DNA of 64,000 nt, taken from assembly GCF_006345805.1 (NCBI RefSeq), contig NC_042999.1, positions 24,180,001 to 24,244,000 on the forward strand. The letters are read 5' to 3'. How positions within the stretch are numbered: the first letter of the stretch is position 1; each line of letters opens with the position of its first letter. Positions 1 to 12,638 of the stretch are shown here, piece after piece. The DNA comes from Octopus sinensis. Its lineage: Eukaryota. The translations under genes were made by a program, and so were the position numbers. The notes beneath the pieces were generated by a model. It was given only the letters and a program-made list of their open reading frames with translations. It was not told where the DNA came from and ran no database searches.

Positions 1-148
1 TATATATATGTATGCGTGTATATACATATATATATATGTATATATACACACATATATATATGTATATATATGTATGCATGTATATACATATATATATATG
101 TATATATATATATATGTATGTATATACACATATATATATATATGTATG

Positions 149-182
<34 letters not shown>

Positions 183-357
183 ATATGTATATATATGTAT
201 ATATATATATGTATGTATGTATATATATATGTTTATCATTTAAGTGTGCGTGCATGTATGCCTGTGAGTATGTGTTCACAAACAACCTCACAAATAGATG
301 CACAGGTACATACACACACATACAGGTGAGCGCTCACACACACACACACACACACAC

Positions 358-389
<32 letters not shown>

Positions 390-450
390 CTCAAAGGCAT
401 ACATAGATACATACAAACATATTTATATGCGCGTGTGTGTGTGTGTGTTG
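1..450. repeat. Compound (TA)n/(TATG)n/(CA)n/(TG)n microsatellite
   Basis: Direct read of dinucleotide tracts; explains the YIYI/HTHT ORFs. Confidence 0.95.
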
Positions 451-909
451 TTTATTGGCAGCCAGTGTGCACCTAACGTTCCATTATGTACAGGTGATTT
501 ACCACATTGTATAACTTTGACTCAGGTTGGTACCATTTCAAACATTTTTGATTCCAGACACACCTAAAAGTGCACCTGCTCTGCTACATAAACGTGTCAA
601 ATATTGACATTTCTACTCCTGTGTTATTTTTGGCCAACTCAATTAATATTTTGTCAATGTTTGTAGTAATATTTAGCTACATATAAGGTCAGTACCCGGC
701 AGAATCTGCAGTGCATTATACTAAAATATAATATTTTCAGGCTATTAGGGAGTCTCTTAGTTCCATAAACTAGCTAGACATAGTAGCTAAATTTCTCTTA
801 ACTCATATGTATTAATTTTAGAAACCAAGAGAGTTGTATACTGTATATGTATGTATATATGCTCCCGCACACACACACACAAACATACCTATGCATATAT
901 ATATACATA

Positions 910-1297
910 GGCGCAGGAGTGGCTGTGTGTTAAGTAGCTTGCTAACCAACCACATGGTTCCGAGTTCAGTCCCACTGCGTGGCATCTTGGGTAAGTGTCT
1001 TCTGCTATAGCCCCGGGCCGACCAATGCCTTGTGAGTGGATTTGGTAGACGGAAACTGAAAGAAGTCCGTCGTATATATGTGTATATATATATGTATGTG
1101 TTTGTGTGTCTGTGTTTGTCCCCCTAGCATTGCTTGACAACCGATGCTGGTGTGTTTACGTCACCGTCACTTAGCGGTTCGGCAAAAGAGATCGATAGAA
1201 TAAGTACTGGGCTTGCAAAGAATAAGTCCCGGGGTCGATTTGCTCGACTAAAGGCGGTGCTCCAGCATGGCCGCAGTCAAATGACTGAAACAAGTAA
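910..1297 (+). mobile_element. SINE family A, full length (tRNA-like head, central TA/TG microsatellite, conserved tail)
   Basis: Head GGCGCAGGAGTGGCTGTGTG..GAGTTCAGTCCC (A/B-box like) and tail GGCGGTGCTCCAGCATGGCCGCAGTCAAATGACTGAAACAAGTAAAA recur more than 15 times in the window. Confidence 0.9.
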
Positions 1298-1314
1298 AAA
1301 AAAAAATATATATG

Positions 1315-1346
<32 letters not shown>

Positions 1347-1413
1347 CATACACACAGGCACACATATATACCAGAGGCGACGCCAAGTCATCAGCATCAC
1401 TCGGGCTCATTAC

Positions 1414-1521
1414 AGATTTCGCATAAGACACATGCTTGCTCGAAGAATTTCACGTTTTTCCGCTTCATTTCTAGCCTCAAGTGGCTTGTTTCTTTTTATA
1501 TCTAACACTGTGTCTTCATTC
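1414..1521 (-). CDS. Candidate isolated coding exon (NEDTVLDIKRNKPLEARNEAEKREILRASMCLMRN), unknown host gene
   Basis: Acceptor tttttacccttaacttag|G, donor CT|gtaatg, 108 nt, phase 2-2, only one open frame, non-repetitive sequence. No homology recognised. Confidence 0.3.
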
Positions 1522-2143
1522 CTAAGTTAAGGGTAAAAATAAAGCAACCCTGCAAAACACAACTGATCTTTACACACAGACACACAGAATATTAGCAATC
1601 AAATAACGACAGCGGAGTGTACGACAAACATCAGCGATCTGACTGTCGCCTCTACTCTTGACAAGAGAAGCCAGTTAGTCTTCTACACCTACCAGGTTCA
1701 TTCGTTTTAGCCCGAGTTGCTGGATAATTTTCCGTTCCTTTAAGAATATTGTACAACAGAAAGTTTCCATAGATTGGAATTTAAATCCTAATCTCTATAA
1801 AAATTTATTGTTTCAAGAAAACACTGAATTTGAACTACTTTTAATTTTTACGATTATAGATAACAACTCGGGCTGTAACATCTGAGCCCAAGTCAGGCGC
1901 GTGTCAACGATGTGAGAACGTCTGCTACGAATGATATTTTGTTGACATAGATGACCGCCAGACGCTGAACGAAAGTAAATAATCTGCGGCGAAGCTTTAT
2001 TAATGGAGACCGAGTCATTGGCTGCAATTCCATACTTGAAGTCAGTGTTGGCAGAAATTAAATCTACTTGCAAATATACATTCACTTTACTAAATTTTTA
2101 CCCAGGCTAAGCCCGAACAGTTCGAGTGCCGGAGTCACCACTG

Positions 2144-2202
<59 letters not shown>

Positions 2203-2673
2203 TGGAATTTACAAAAAACCAAAGACGAAGACAGGTGCGTTTGCGTGAACAACAGATGGGCTTCTTTCAGTTTCCAGCTACCAGACCCACTCACCAGGCT
2301 TTCGTCGGCCCGATGCTATAATGGAAGAATTTTGCCCAAGGTACCACACGGCGAGACTGAATACGGAACTGTGTGGTTAGGAAGCAAGTTTCTTTTCACA
2401 CACCCTAAAAGCTGTCGCTGATTAGCTCCATGAGACCATCGCCTTAAGATAGCTATTTGACACACAAACTGTGTCCATTATAACCTTCGAACAAGGGAGG
2501 TCAGCCGCTTCACACTGCTAGTCAGACAGCTACAGACGCGTTTAATGGAGCTAATCAGCGACAGCTTTTAGTCTTATATCTATAAGACTGCCATATTAAT
2601 ATGGCGATAACAATTAATTTCCAGTAACGCTGCCGTAATCTCTTTTAGAAAGACTTAGTAATTTTAATATTTC

Positions 2674-2764
<91 letters not shown>

Positions 2765-2814
2765 CATACATACATACACACATACATACATACATACATA
2801 CATACATACATACA

Positions 2815-2848
<34 letters not shown>

Positions 2849-2879
2849 AGAATTTTGCAATGCTATTTTATTCAGATTT

Positions 2880-3712
2880 ACATGTTAACACTTTTATCGC
2901 TTTCAAAGTATTTTCTATTTAAAGCGATGGATCGGTCCAGACGCGTTTTCCTCTGTTCGCAGCAGTCCTGAAATTCTTCTTTTAACGCTCCGTTGTCTTT
3001 TTTCTTCACCTCTTCCACATCTCCAAAATGTTTTCCTTTAAGGAGTTTTTTTCATTCGGGGGAACAACAAACATGTCACAGCGAGGAAGCTCGGGTGCAT
3101 AAGGAGGGTGGGTAAGAAGGGTCACGCATTCAGTCGTGACTGCTTTTGATCTTCTGTGAGCAGGCGCGGCACACATTTTGCTGCAACTCTTTTGATTCAC
3201 AATTCTTTGCTCAAAATTCATTGGCAAGAGCTCCAGGACACACTAATTATAACAACAAGTTCATCAATTCTTCGCTGATGGCTCTCCTAGATCAGTTCGT
3301 GAATTTTCGTGATGTCTTCATTTGTTCGGGAGATGGACAGCCGCCCTGAACGAGGTTGGTCTTCAAGTGACAAGTGACCATTCCTAAAGCATGAAAACCA
3401 CTCGTGAATTTGTGTTTTGCTCATGGTAGCATTTGTAAGCTGTTTGAAGCAAGACAACTGTCTCGGCCGCCGTTTTCCCCAACGGAAAACAGAATTTCAC
3501 GGAAGGAAGCACGTTGTTCCTTCGTTTCAGCCATCGCAAAAAATCGACGAACAGGGGAGAAACACTGCAGTCCACGTGGCAGTAAGACCTCACGAGACGA
3601 CGCCTGTCGGCAGACTGATGCCTGAAGGTCGCATCAAGTGGCTTCACCGCGGAGATCTGAACCACACGGGCTTGTCCCACAGAAAATATTTCCTGTTATT
3701 TTTGGGTACCCC
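2880..3712 (-). mobile_element. Internally deleted mariner transposon (transposase pseudogene)
   Basis: N-terminal VKFCFPLGKTAAETVVLLQTAYK and VPRLLTEDQKQSRL are joined directly to LLTHPPYAPELPRCD (HPPYSPDLAPCD motif). The catalytic core is deleted and the frame is disrupted. Confidence 0.8.
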
Positions 3713-3757
3713 ATTGTTTGTGTGTGTGTGTATTTATAAATATATATATATTTATAT

Positions 3758-3791
<34 letters not shown>

Positions 3792-3859
3792 CAATGCTAT
3801 TATCAATTGATAGAAAGACAGAAATTATATATATATATATATATATCAAAATAAGCAAC

Positions 3860-4190
3860 AAGAATAACTTCGGTAATTTGGTGCGATCGTTTCACGCTAC
3901 ATCATTTTATTAAATGTTGTAAGTATTACAACAGTTTTAAAATGCTGAGCCCTCATCAGCCATTAATAGAGGTTTTCCATTAATACATAATTTTCATATC
4001 AATTTATAACATTATAGAGAAGGTAGATATATAGACAAAGATGTCGATTTAAATTTTAAGAACATTTAAGGTAGTGGAGTCTATCAACTGACTGAAGAAT
4101 ATTTAGTTGCTTTGAACTGCTGGAAAGTTTTGAGAAGAATGAACGATTGAAAGGAGACAAGAAAGATTTTCTATTTATAGAAATAGGGGT
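3860..4190 (-). mobile_element. Probable PLE 3' fragment with decayed hammerhead
   Basis: TGG-CTGATGA...GAAACGATCG-C-A-CCA with a long helix II on the minus strand; flanked by 38-bp direct repeats at 3791 and 4203. Confidence 0.35.
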
Positions 4191-4255
4191 GATATATATA
4201 TATCAATGCTATTATCCATTGACAGAAAGACAGAAATTATACACACACACACACA

Positions 4256-4303
<48 letters not shown>

Positions 4304-4311
4304 TATATATA

Positions 4312-4684
4312 TACTAGCAGTATCGCCCGGCGTTGCTCGGGTTTGTAAGGGAAATAACTATATAAGCATTTTTAGAGAGTTATAGCCAAAAAATAGCAAA
4401 AAAATGATGGTAATTTTTTTTAGAAATCGTTGACTCGTCGTAGACATTTTTAGAGAGTTACTTCCCATATATAATAGCGAAAAAATGCATTAAAATGGAA
4501 AAACATGATGGTAATTTTTTTAAAAAATCGTAGACTCATCGTAGACGCGCGCTAATACCCAGAAGGGCTCGATATTAATCACGACTATAAGATACCCGGT
4601 TTTGGTTAAACTGCACCGCAAAATGTGGGAGTAGTTAGGAATCTAAATCGTAGGAGACACAACTTCACTTTTATATATAAAGAT
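4312..4684 (+). mobile_element. Non-autonomous Helitron/HINE-like (Lep1/DINE-like) element
   Basis: 5' TACTAGCAGTATCGCCCGGCGTTGCTCGGG (hairpin CCCG..CGGG), 3' ACTTTTATATATAAAGAT, inserted in a TA tract; four copies in the window. Confidence 0.7.
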
Positions 4685-4796
4685 TTCAGAAAAGCAAGAA
4701 AATGTTTCCGATACGACTTACGAGATTTATGATACCTAAAAAATAATTAATTTAGTAAAGGAGTAATAAATGTTTTACAGGTGAGATATAGAGTCA

Positions 4797-5247
4797 CGTG
4801 AACATTACGGACCGTCGTAATTCGTACTTTGGATATTTTCGGTTTGAACTGCAGTTTTTAATATAATTTATAGGTAACTAAAAAATTTTAAACTTCTTAT
4901 ACTGGTGGAATGTGTTATAAAACATCTTTTTCTCCTGGCTTTATTGAGAAAATTCTATAGTTTGTAAGATATTTGTTGTTTTTTTTTCTGCAATTTCAAC
5001 CAATCACTGACGTCTATTGAGGTAAATAACATTCTGTGCCGTATGCATATGTCCCTCGTTTAAGAAACAGACTGGGTTTATTTACATTTCTGAAGAAAAA
5101 AAGATAACCCCCCCTCTCTAACCCTAAAATAGATTGAAATTCAATAAGATCGATACCAGGGTCATAATTATGGGTGACAATTTCATATGACACCGCTAGA
5201 AAAAACTGCCGTTCAAACAGAAAATATCCCGTAATTTTCATTCACGT
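4797..5247. mobile_element. MITE-like element with imperfect terminal inverted repeats
   Basis: GGATATTTTCGGTTTGAACTGCAGTTTTT near 4830 is inverted relative to AAAAAACTGCCGTTCAAACAGAAAATATCC near 5201; related sequence at about 37560-37700 and 41225-41340. Confidence 0.45.
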
Positions 5248-5484
5248 TTATTATCAAATCAACACAATTACAGATTACGCTTAGGATAATATCATTAAAA
5301 AAAAATAGAAATATTAAAATTCTCAGATTGAAAGGATTAAATAAAACAACTACTACGAAATAAAATAAAAGATATTACAAAATATGGAAGAATTAATTAA
5401 ATACAGCTATATAAGTGTAAGTATAAATCAGTCACTATACTAAATAGAAATAGGTATAATATTTCTAAGCTAGGGTAAAAAATT

Positions 5485-5673
5485 ATCGCTTCTCGGCCTT
5501 TTGGCTAAGATCAAAGTGTAGTATCTGTTCTTATCAGCTTAATATCTGATACGGTCCCTATTTGGGACCATCGATATTAAACTGATTTTTAGAACGAGGC
5601 GAAGAGTTAGGGGCTTGCTCCGCCTTTGCCACGGGTTGACCTGGTATAGCAGTACTTCTAGAATTCAGCCCAT
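5485..5673 (+). ncRNA. U2: U2 spliceosomal snRNA (full length; variant or young pseudogene)
   Basis: ATCGCTTCTCGGCCTTTTGGCTAAGATCAAAGTGTAGTATCTGTTCTTATCAG start; branch-recognition GTAGTA at 5518-5523; stem IIb GGTCCC/GGGACC; Sm-like ATTTTTAG at 5585-5592; stems III and IV present; 3'-box-like AAAAACAGA downstream. Confidence 0.95.
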
Positions 5674-6038
5674 CTCCCACCCGGGAGATATAAACAAATT
5701 AAAAACAGACTTAATATCCTGACATCCCTCCTACCACCTTCCAGGAAGGGATCAGACCTGCATTCTATGATGTCCGCTGCCGTTATTTTTTATTTAATCT
5801 TAGATGTAATTACATACATCCACATCTTCTGCTGTCCACACATCGTTTGTCTTGTTTTCCTCATACAAATAATATCCTGGAAACTTTTCGTCGTCTGTTT
5901 ATAATACAAGGCTTGTGGTTTTGACTGCTATTTCTAATCACTCCGGTCTGTCATAGTAAGTATAAATTGCAAAGCAACAGTTAGTTACTGCAAGATAGAA
6001 AGCCACCCTTATAATTTGTTTTTTAATTATAAAATACA

Positions 6039-6380
6039 AGCAGTATCGCCCGGCGTTGCTCGGGTTTGTAAGGGAAATAACTATATAAGCATTTTTAGAG
6101 AGTTATAGCAAAAAAATGCATTAAAAATGGAAAAAAAAATTATGGTAATTTTTAAAAAAATCGTTGACTCATCGAATAGCGAAAAAATGCATTAAAATGG
6201 AAAAAAATGATGGTAATTTTTTTTTTAAATCGTAGACGCGCGCTAATACCCAGAATGGCTCGATATGAATCACGACTATAAGATACCCGGTTTTGGTTAC
6301 ACTGCACCGCAAAATATGGGAGTAGTTAGGAATCTAAATCGTAGGAGACAGACACACAACCTTACTTTTATATATAAAGA
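6039..6380 (+). mobile_element. Helitron/HINE-like element, second copy
   Basis: Near-identical to 4312-4684, same orientation. Confidence 0.7.
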
Positions 6381-6924
6381 AGATATACCAGTAATGTACC
6401 ACGTCTCAACTATAACAATTGCCCTAAAATATTTATAACTCCATGACAACACATCTGCTACAACAAAAAGGAAAATAAGGCACGAAAATTTTAGAAGATG
6501 AATAAACACGTGTCTGCCTCTCACAAAGAGATAACGCTTGACATCAGAACACGCCTTGTTCACATTTAAGAACCAAGCATGCTTTCTTAAACACTTTACA
6601 CAACGGCACACAGCTTATTAACAGATCACAAGGGAACATCACTTGACACTTTTACAACAAAAGCAAATAGGTTAGATAAATATCAATGATGGTATTTTTA
6701 TGCAATGCCGTATAATCAGTAAACTTCTCAATGTTGTCTTCGCTGAATTTGGATGCCTTTATTGTGAATTTTTCGTTATCTAGGAAGTCATTTTTTAAAT
6801 GTATTGTGTTTATTATATAAAAGTAGTGGTTACAAAAGGTAGCGTAGATATTGATTTCTAATTTTAGCAGAAGGTTAGCAGCTTCGAGGGAAGATGTAGT
6901 TGAGTACATCAACCTCAGTCTTCA

Positions 6925-7055
6925 AGTAGTACTTATTTTATCGATCCTCAAATGATGAAAGGCAAAGTCAACCTCAGTGGATCTCAGAACATAAAGACGG
7001 ACGGAAAGCCGCTGAGCATTTTACCCAGCGTACGATCGATTCTGGTAGCTCGCCG
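6925..7055 (-). mobile_element. SINE family B, diverged copy
   Basis: ATCGATCCTCAAATGATGAAAGGCAAAGTCAACCTCAG matches the family B core (reverse strand). Confidence 0.7.
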
Positions 7056-7260
7056 TAGTGTAACATTGTTATTTTGCATTATATAGGCACTGGCGTTGAT
7101 GTGTGGTTAAGAATCTTACTTCCCAATCCCGTGATCTTAAGTTCAGTCCCACTTTGTAGCACTCTTTACAAGGTTGTTTTTTTAAAACTATAGCCCCGTA
7201 TTCAGTTAACGAAAATCGAAGTAAGTCCGTCGTATACATGTATATATATTTATGGGATTT

Positions 7261-7860
7261 GTAGCCCGCGCTCTTAAACACTATGCTATATGAAGGCTGG
7301 AGGCTATATCAGCCGAAACGTTGTGTTAACAACAAACAAGATGAGGACGTGACGTATATTTGCCATTTAAACATGGCTAACCCCTAAGGGTGGATGCTAC
7401 CGTAGTTTGTAGCCCCAGTAGGACACCTCCTCCAGCTAGCTATAGACACACTTTCTGTGCCCTATCAGTATTTGCAAAGGGAAGCCATCCTTCCCGTCTT
7501 CCCCTTATGATACACACGGACTCGAGTTTCTGGGTATTGACCCGTCATCGGCGTGTAACAATCACAGTTGTCGATGAAAAGTAGGTTCCCTTCACAAATA
7601 CATATCCCTTTTCCAGTATCGTATTGACACTGATATCGAAAAAGTGTAAACAAGCAATAATAAATCTTAGAGCGAGTTATAAACAGTAGCTGCAACACAT
7701 CGTGACGTATATTTGCCATTTAAACATGGCTAACCCCTAAGGGTGGATGCTACCGTAGTTTGTAGCCCCCTAAGATTTATTAAGATGAGGACGAATATCC
7801 ATCAAATGTAAATAATGTAAATAATGTACAGAATTCCTCATCTCTTAAATGTAGGACTGA
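7261..7860 (+). mobile_element. tRNA-head/hammerhead element (5'-inverted copy) interrupted by a terminally redundant insertion at 7350-7781
   Basis: Inverted head fragment 7261-7290 is fused to ATGAAGGCTG..CAGCCGAAACGTTGTGTT. The element resumes at 7782 after the TSD AAGATGAGGACG. Confidence 0.7.
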
Positions 7861-8384
7861 ACTTATATTTATATACACATAAGCATGAAGGAGTAAGGCA
7901 TGATTCTAGGGAGTGTGTCCTTGGTTGGTTCATAGATTCATATTCGCATAGAATAGCAGGTTATGATTTCTTGGGGGTTTGGCTACTATTCCAATTATGA
8001 GTTACTAAAAAGTAGATATACCATCTGAAATTCCTAAGCGTTTTATACAAATTATAAGATTTAAGTGCGAGTGTATTTGTGGGTATATACAACACTCACA
8101 CACGCGCACATACTCAGAAACACAGATAAAAACATATTCACACACACGCACTCACACACATACACACACGTACACATGCACACATATGAAAAGAGGGAGA
8201 ATGATAGAGAAAGAGAAAGCGAGAGGGAGAGAAAGAGAAAGCGAGAGGGAGAGAAAGAGAGAGAAAGTGACGTAATACATGTCGGTTTGTGTGATAAAGA
8301 AAATGGGTTCTCTCTAGCAGACAGTCAGCAAAGAGTACCCTGGGGAGGTTTTGAGGGTGTTTGGGAAGGATTTCAGCACAAAAG

Positions 8385-8728
8385 TAGAGTGCACTATGTC
8401 AATGCACCAGTCTACAATTTCATCTTGGTAATCAACCACTTGACAGAGATGGACATCAAAACTATTCCTTACCCTCCCTACAGTCCAGACCTTGTTCCCT
8501 GTGACTTTTGGTTGCTTCTGAAGCTGGAGTAGAATATAAAGAGGGCCGTGTGAAAGGTCCTGGATACCTTCACTTTAGAAGCCTTCTATGAGTCCTTCGC
8601 AAAGTGACTAGAGCGCTACAACAAATGCGTTAATGTCAAAGAATCATACTTTGAAAGAGAAGAGTGCCTGGTGCTTCTTTGAAATTAATGTGTTCGCTGA
8701 AAAAGTCTCAAAACTTCAGGAATGCACG
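8385..8728 (+). mobile_element. Mariner transposase 3' fragment
   Basis: HYVNAPVYNFILVINHLTEMDIKTIPYPPYSPDLVPCDFWLL contains degenerate HxDNAP and YSPDL motifs. Confidence 0.8.
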
Positions 8729-8745
8729 TTGTCTGAATATATCTC

Positions 8746-9153
8746 TTTACTCTTTTGCTTGGTTCAGTCCTTTGATTGTGGCCATGCTGGAGCATCACCT
8801 TTAGTTGAGCAAATCGACCCAGGACTTATTCTTTGTAAGCCTAGTACTTATTCTATCGGTTTCTTTTGCCGAACCACTAAATTACGGAGACGTAAACGCA
8901 CCAGCATTGGTTGTCAAACGATGTTGGGCGGACAAACACAGACACTAAAACATATACACACACATACACACATATATATACATATATATACGACGAGATT
9001 CTTTCAGTTTCCGTCTACCAAATCCACCCACAAGGCTTTGGTCGGCTCGAGGCTATAGTAGAAGACACTTGCCCAAAGTGCCACGCAATGGGACTGAACC
9101 CGGAACCATGTGGTTCGCAAGCAAGCTACTTATCACACAGCCACTCCTACGCC
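8746..9153 (-). mobile_element. SINE family A, full length
   Basis: Reverse complement of 910-1297. Confidence 0.9.
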
Positions 9154-10597
9154 TATCTATGTATTATGCTGAGAGTACCACAGCTAACATGTGATCTAGT
9201 ACAAGTTGCTGAATATTTGGTGGTCGGTAACGAAACCAGCATCTGCATCAACTTAGCCTGGTTAGGAAGAGTTACTAGAAATCCGGTATCTGTAAAATAC
9301 GTCAAATAGGCGGAGGAGCCAAGCACAAAGTCGACATCTGTCTAACATTAGTGTATGCGGAGGCATAAATGTTCGTAACAGTAAATGAACCTACCGTAAC
9401 AACACTTGGTGTACGATGGATAAACTTGTGCTCTTTAGCCAGGATGAAAGTAGTTTATACTGGAGAAGATGACTCCAAATAAAAACATGGTAGGCCAAGC
9501 AATCATTTGTAATATTCTTTTCTTTTCTACTCTAGGCACAAGGCTCGAAATTTTAGGTGAAGGGTAGTCGATTGGACCGGCCCCAGTACGCAATTGGTAC
9601 TTAATTTATCGACCCCGAGAAAATGTGAGAATACGGTTGGCAGGGACTTCAGTCACTAAAACATTTAATATTTCTAGAACTAAAGTCTATAAAATCATGT
9701 TCGCGTTCCAACAACACTATAAAATCCTATCCTGGCAAGTACAATTCTGAATAGAAGCAAAGCTCACAGAGAAGGATCGCAGAATAGTGAAAAACATATC
9801 GTGTCCAAAAACTATTAAACAAGGCAGCAAAAGTTAGAGCAGAACTAAACCAACACCTTTGCTAATCGTTTGTTGTGATCTCGAAAACTTAATAAGGCAT
9901 TTGCGTTCTTTTATTGATTTTTACATATAGTTAATTAAGGCGGGGCTGTGCTACACAAGTCCTATCCTCCTTTTTTTTTCATGGATATTTCATATCTTAA
10001 ACATACACAGGTGTTGCTTTTTAATATAGTTACCGTTTTGCGGTTCATTAACAAGTAATTATCATACTCAATATCAGGTGTTGGGATGGAGTATCGTATC
10101 ATTAGCGACCTATTAGTCACGCTTGATGCATAAACACCGTTGCTCCTCTGTATTGCGTATTCAACATGCGGTATTCAACCGATATGCATGTCTGCTCCAT
10201 GTCTATCGTTGACCGTGTGTTAGAGGCTTATAGTGTCAATTGATCTTAGTATTTGCTTTTTTTAATTGATATTTCATATGCCCAATTAAGGTAGTGTGGT
10301 ACTGCGCAAAACGCATCTTCATGCTATTATTAACACCTCGTACCTTATACATGCACAGGTGTTGCAAGTTAATATGGTTATCATTTTGCGGCTCATTACA
10401 CACCATGAGGTATCAGAATGGTGCCTTGTACGAGCAATGTTTGATGCGCAAACACTGCTGTTACGACTGAACTTCGTCCTTTGCATTGCTCAGCCGTTCT
10501 GCGTATTTACTTCGGGGCAGCGACTACTACACACACTCACGCTCTCTGTCTCTTTCTCTATCATGCACACACACGCGCGCACGCACGCACGCGCACA

Positions 10598-10634
<37 letters not shown>

Positions 10635-10639
10635 TCTCA

Positions 10640-10675
<36 letters not shown>

Positions 10676-11304
10676 TACATATATACATACTTAGAAGACT
10701 ACCGATCTAATTCATCACTGGAACCGTAAAATCTGTAAAACTTTCCAGAAGTTTATCATTTAAATGTATATGAGCATGTCTAGATATGAAACTATATACA
10801 TAAGAATACACACATACAAACAAGCAAACAAAAATAGCCTGTTGTTGATGTTGAAATTCCAATGAAGGAGCCTTGGATCTGGGTTAGAAATCGGTTCTTT
10901 CTCTATTGGCAAGAGATCTTGAAATAAAACTGAGTGACATACATACATACATACATACATAATACATACATACATACATACATACATACTCTCTTTTACT
11001 CTTTACTCTTTTACTTGTTTTAGTCATTTGACTGTGGCCATGCTGGAGCACCGCCTTTAGTTGAGCAAATTGAGCCCCAGGACTAAACACACCAGCATCG
11101 GTTGTCAAGCGAAGTTCTTGTAAATACATCGCTACGTTTATGTGTAAAGCGCGGCCATGCTAATACCGTGTCCCAATGACTTAATGATAATGTTTTTAGA
11201 GAACAGATCCTCTGTGTTGGATTAATATGTGGTATGATAGCCATGTCCACAGGAGGATTTTCCTTGATAGCCACATGATTCTATGAATCCAAATATTACT
11301 TTCT

Positions 11305-11341
<37 letters not shown>

Positions 11342-11440
11342 CGCATATAGACATAATGATTGTGTTGGCATGAAACCTGAGTCACTAGACAAATTTTTAG
11401 CTTCAGTTTTAATTAAAGTTATACCCTCTAGAAAATGTAC

Positions 11441-11502
<62 letters not shown>

Positions 11503-11542
11503 GCCTGCCTGCCAGCCTGTCTGTCTGTCTGTCTGTCTGTCT

Positions 11543-11595
<53 letters not shown>

Positions 11596-11818
11596 GTGCT
11601 GGCAGAAACGTTAGCGCGCCGGGTGAAATGCTTAGCGGTATTTCGTCTGTCGTTACGTTCTGAGTTCAAATTCCGCCGAGGTCGACTTTGCCTTTCATCC
11701 TCTCGGGGTCGATAAATAAAGTACTAGTTTCGCACTGGGTTCATATAATCGACTTAATCCGTTTGTCTGTACTTGTTTGTCCCCTCTATATTTAGTTCCT
11801 TGTGGGTAGTAAAGAAAT
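11596..11818 (+). mobile_element. SINE family B, full length, within (TCTA)n
   Basis: Head GCTGGCAGAAACGTTAGC..GAGTTCAAATTCC, core GACTTTGCCTTTCATCCT..GGGGTCGATAAA (resembles the Meta/Sauria-type central domain, from memory), tail CCTTGTGGGTAGTAAAGAAAT. Confidence 0.9.
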
Positions 11819-12211
11819 CTATCTATCTATCTACTGTTTACGATTGATGTACATATATGTATAAATTCCGAGCCAATACTTTATTCTTTGCTGTATTGTA
11901 TAGGACGTCAGTTGTAACTGATGAAAGCGATATTTTTACAGCAGGTTATACGTGGGTTAGAAACACAGGATATATTGTAACAAATCACACTCCCAAATGT
12001 AATTAGCTTGTATTTTATTATTTTCTCACAATCTTTAAATGACGCCCTTGCATAACAGAAAAGCGCGGACACTTTTCGCAACCAAATGTTACGCTATTAC
12101 AAAAGCCATTATTATGTCTTAACAATATCGTCTCGTTCACATGAAGGAGAAATTAAGCGCCTGTAAGACATTAATAAAAGAAAACATCTCCACCCGATTC
12201 AATGCTCTTAG

Positions 12212-12253
12212 TGTTTTATGAATCCCCTAATGTCAAGCGTCCTCGATGGAAAG
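12212..12253 (+). CDS. Candidate 42-nt micro-exon (FYESPNVKRPRWK)
   Basis: ctcttag|TG...GAAAG|gtaaga, strong donor, phase 1-1; no homology recognised. Confidence 0.2.
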
Positions 12254-12551
12254 GTAAGACATTCGAAAGTGAATGTGTGTGCGTTTGAGGGGAAGGTCAA
12301 ATGGAGATGCCGTCTTCGTTTTAGATGAAACATCTAAAAAATTTATTTCCTTTCCACTATTAATGCCCATATAAAATATCAAGAATAAAATAACAAGAAT
12401 AAAAGAGGAAGGAATCATTGTGTTTCATTTACTTTAACACTTTTACCATAAACTTGGCGCCTATTCAAGGGAAACAATTACAGTTACAATATACAGATAT
12501 AGACACTCACAGACATGCATAAACACACGAAGTCACACATGAGTCGAATGT

Positions 12552-12625
<74 letters not shown>

Positions 12626-12638
12626 TATACATACATGT

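Noticed and set aside
8-406. Many ORFs of [16 protein letters not shown] type throughout the window
   Set aside because: Stop-free translations of di- and tetranucleotide microsatellites.
1813-2085. 90-aa non-repetitive ORF on the minus strand, and possible exons at about 1706-1807
   Set aside because: No recognisable motif, ambiguous frames, and phases do not chain with 1414-1521.
9430-9480. QDESSLYWRR resembling a pogo/Tc1 DE motif
   Set aside because: Too short, stops immediately, and has no flanking transposase similarity.
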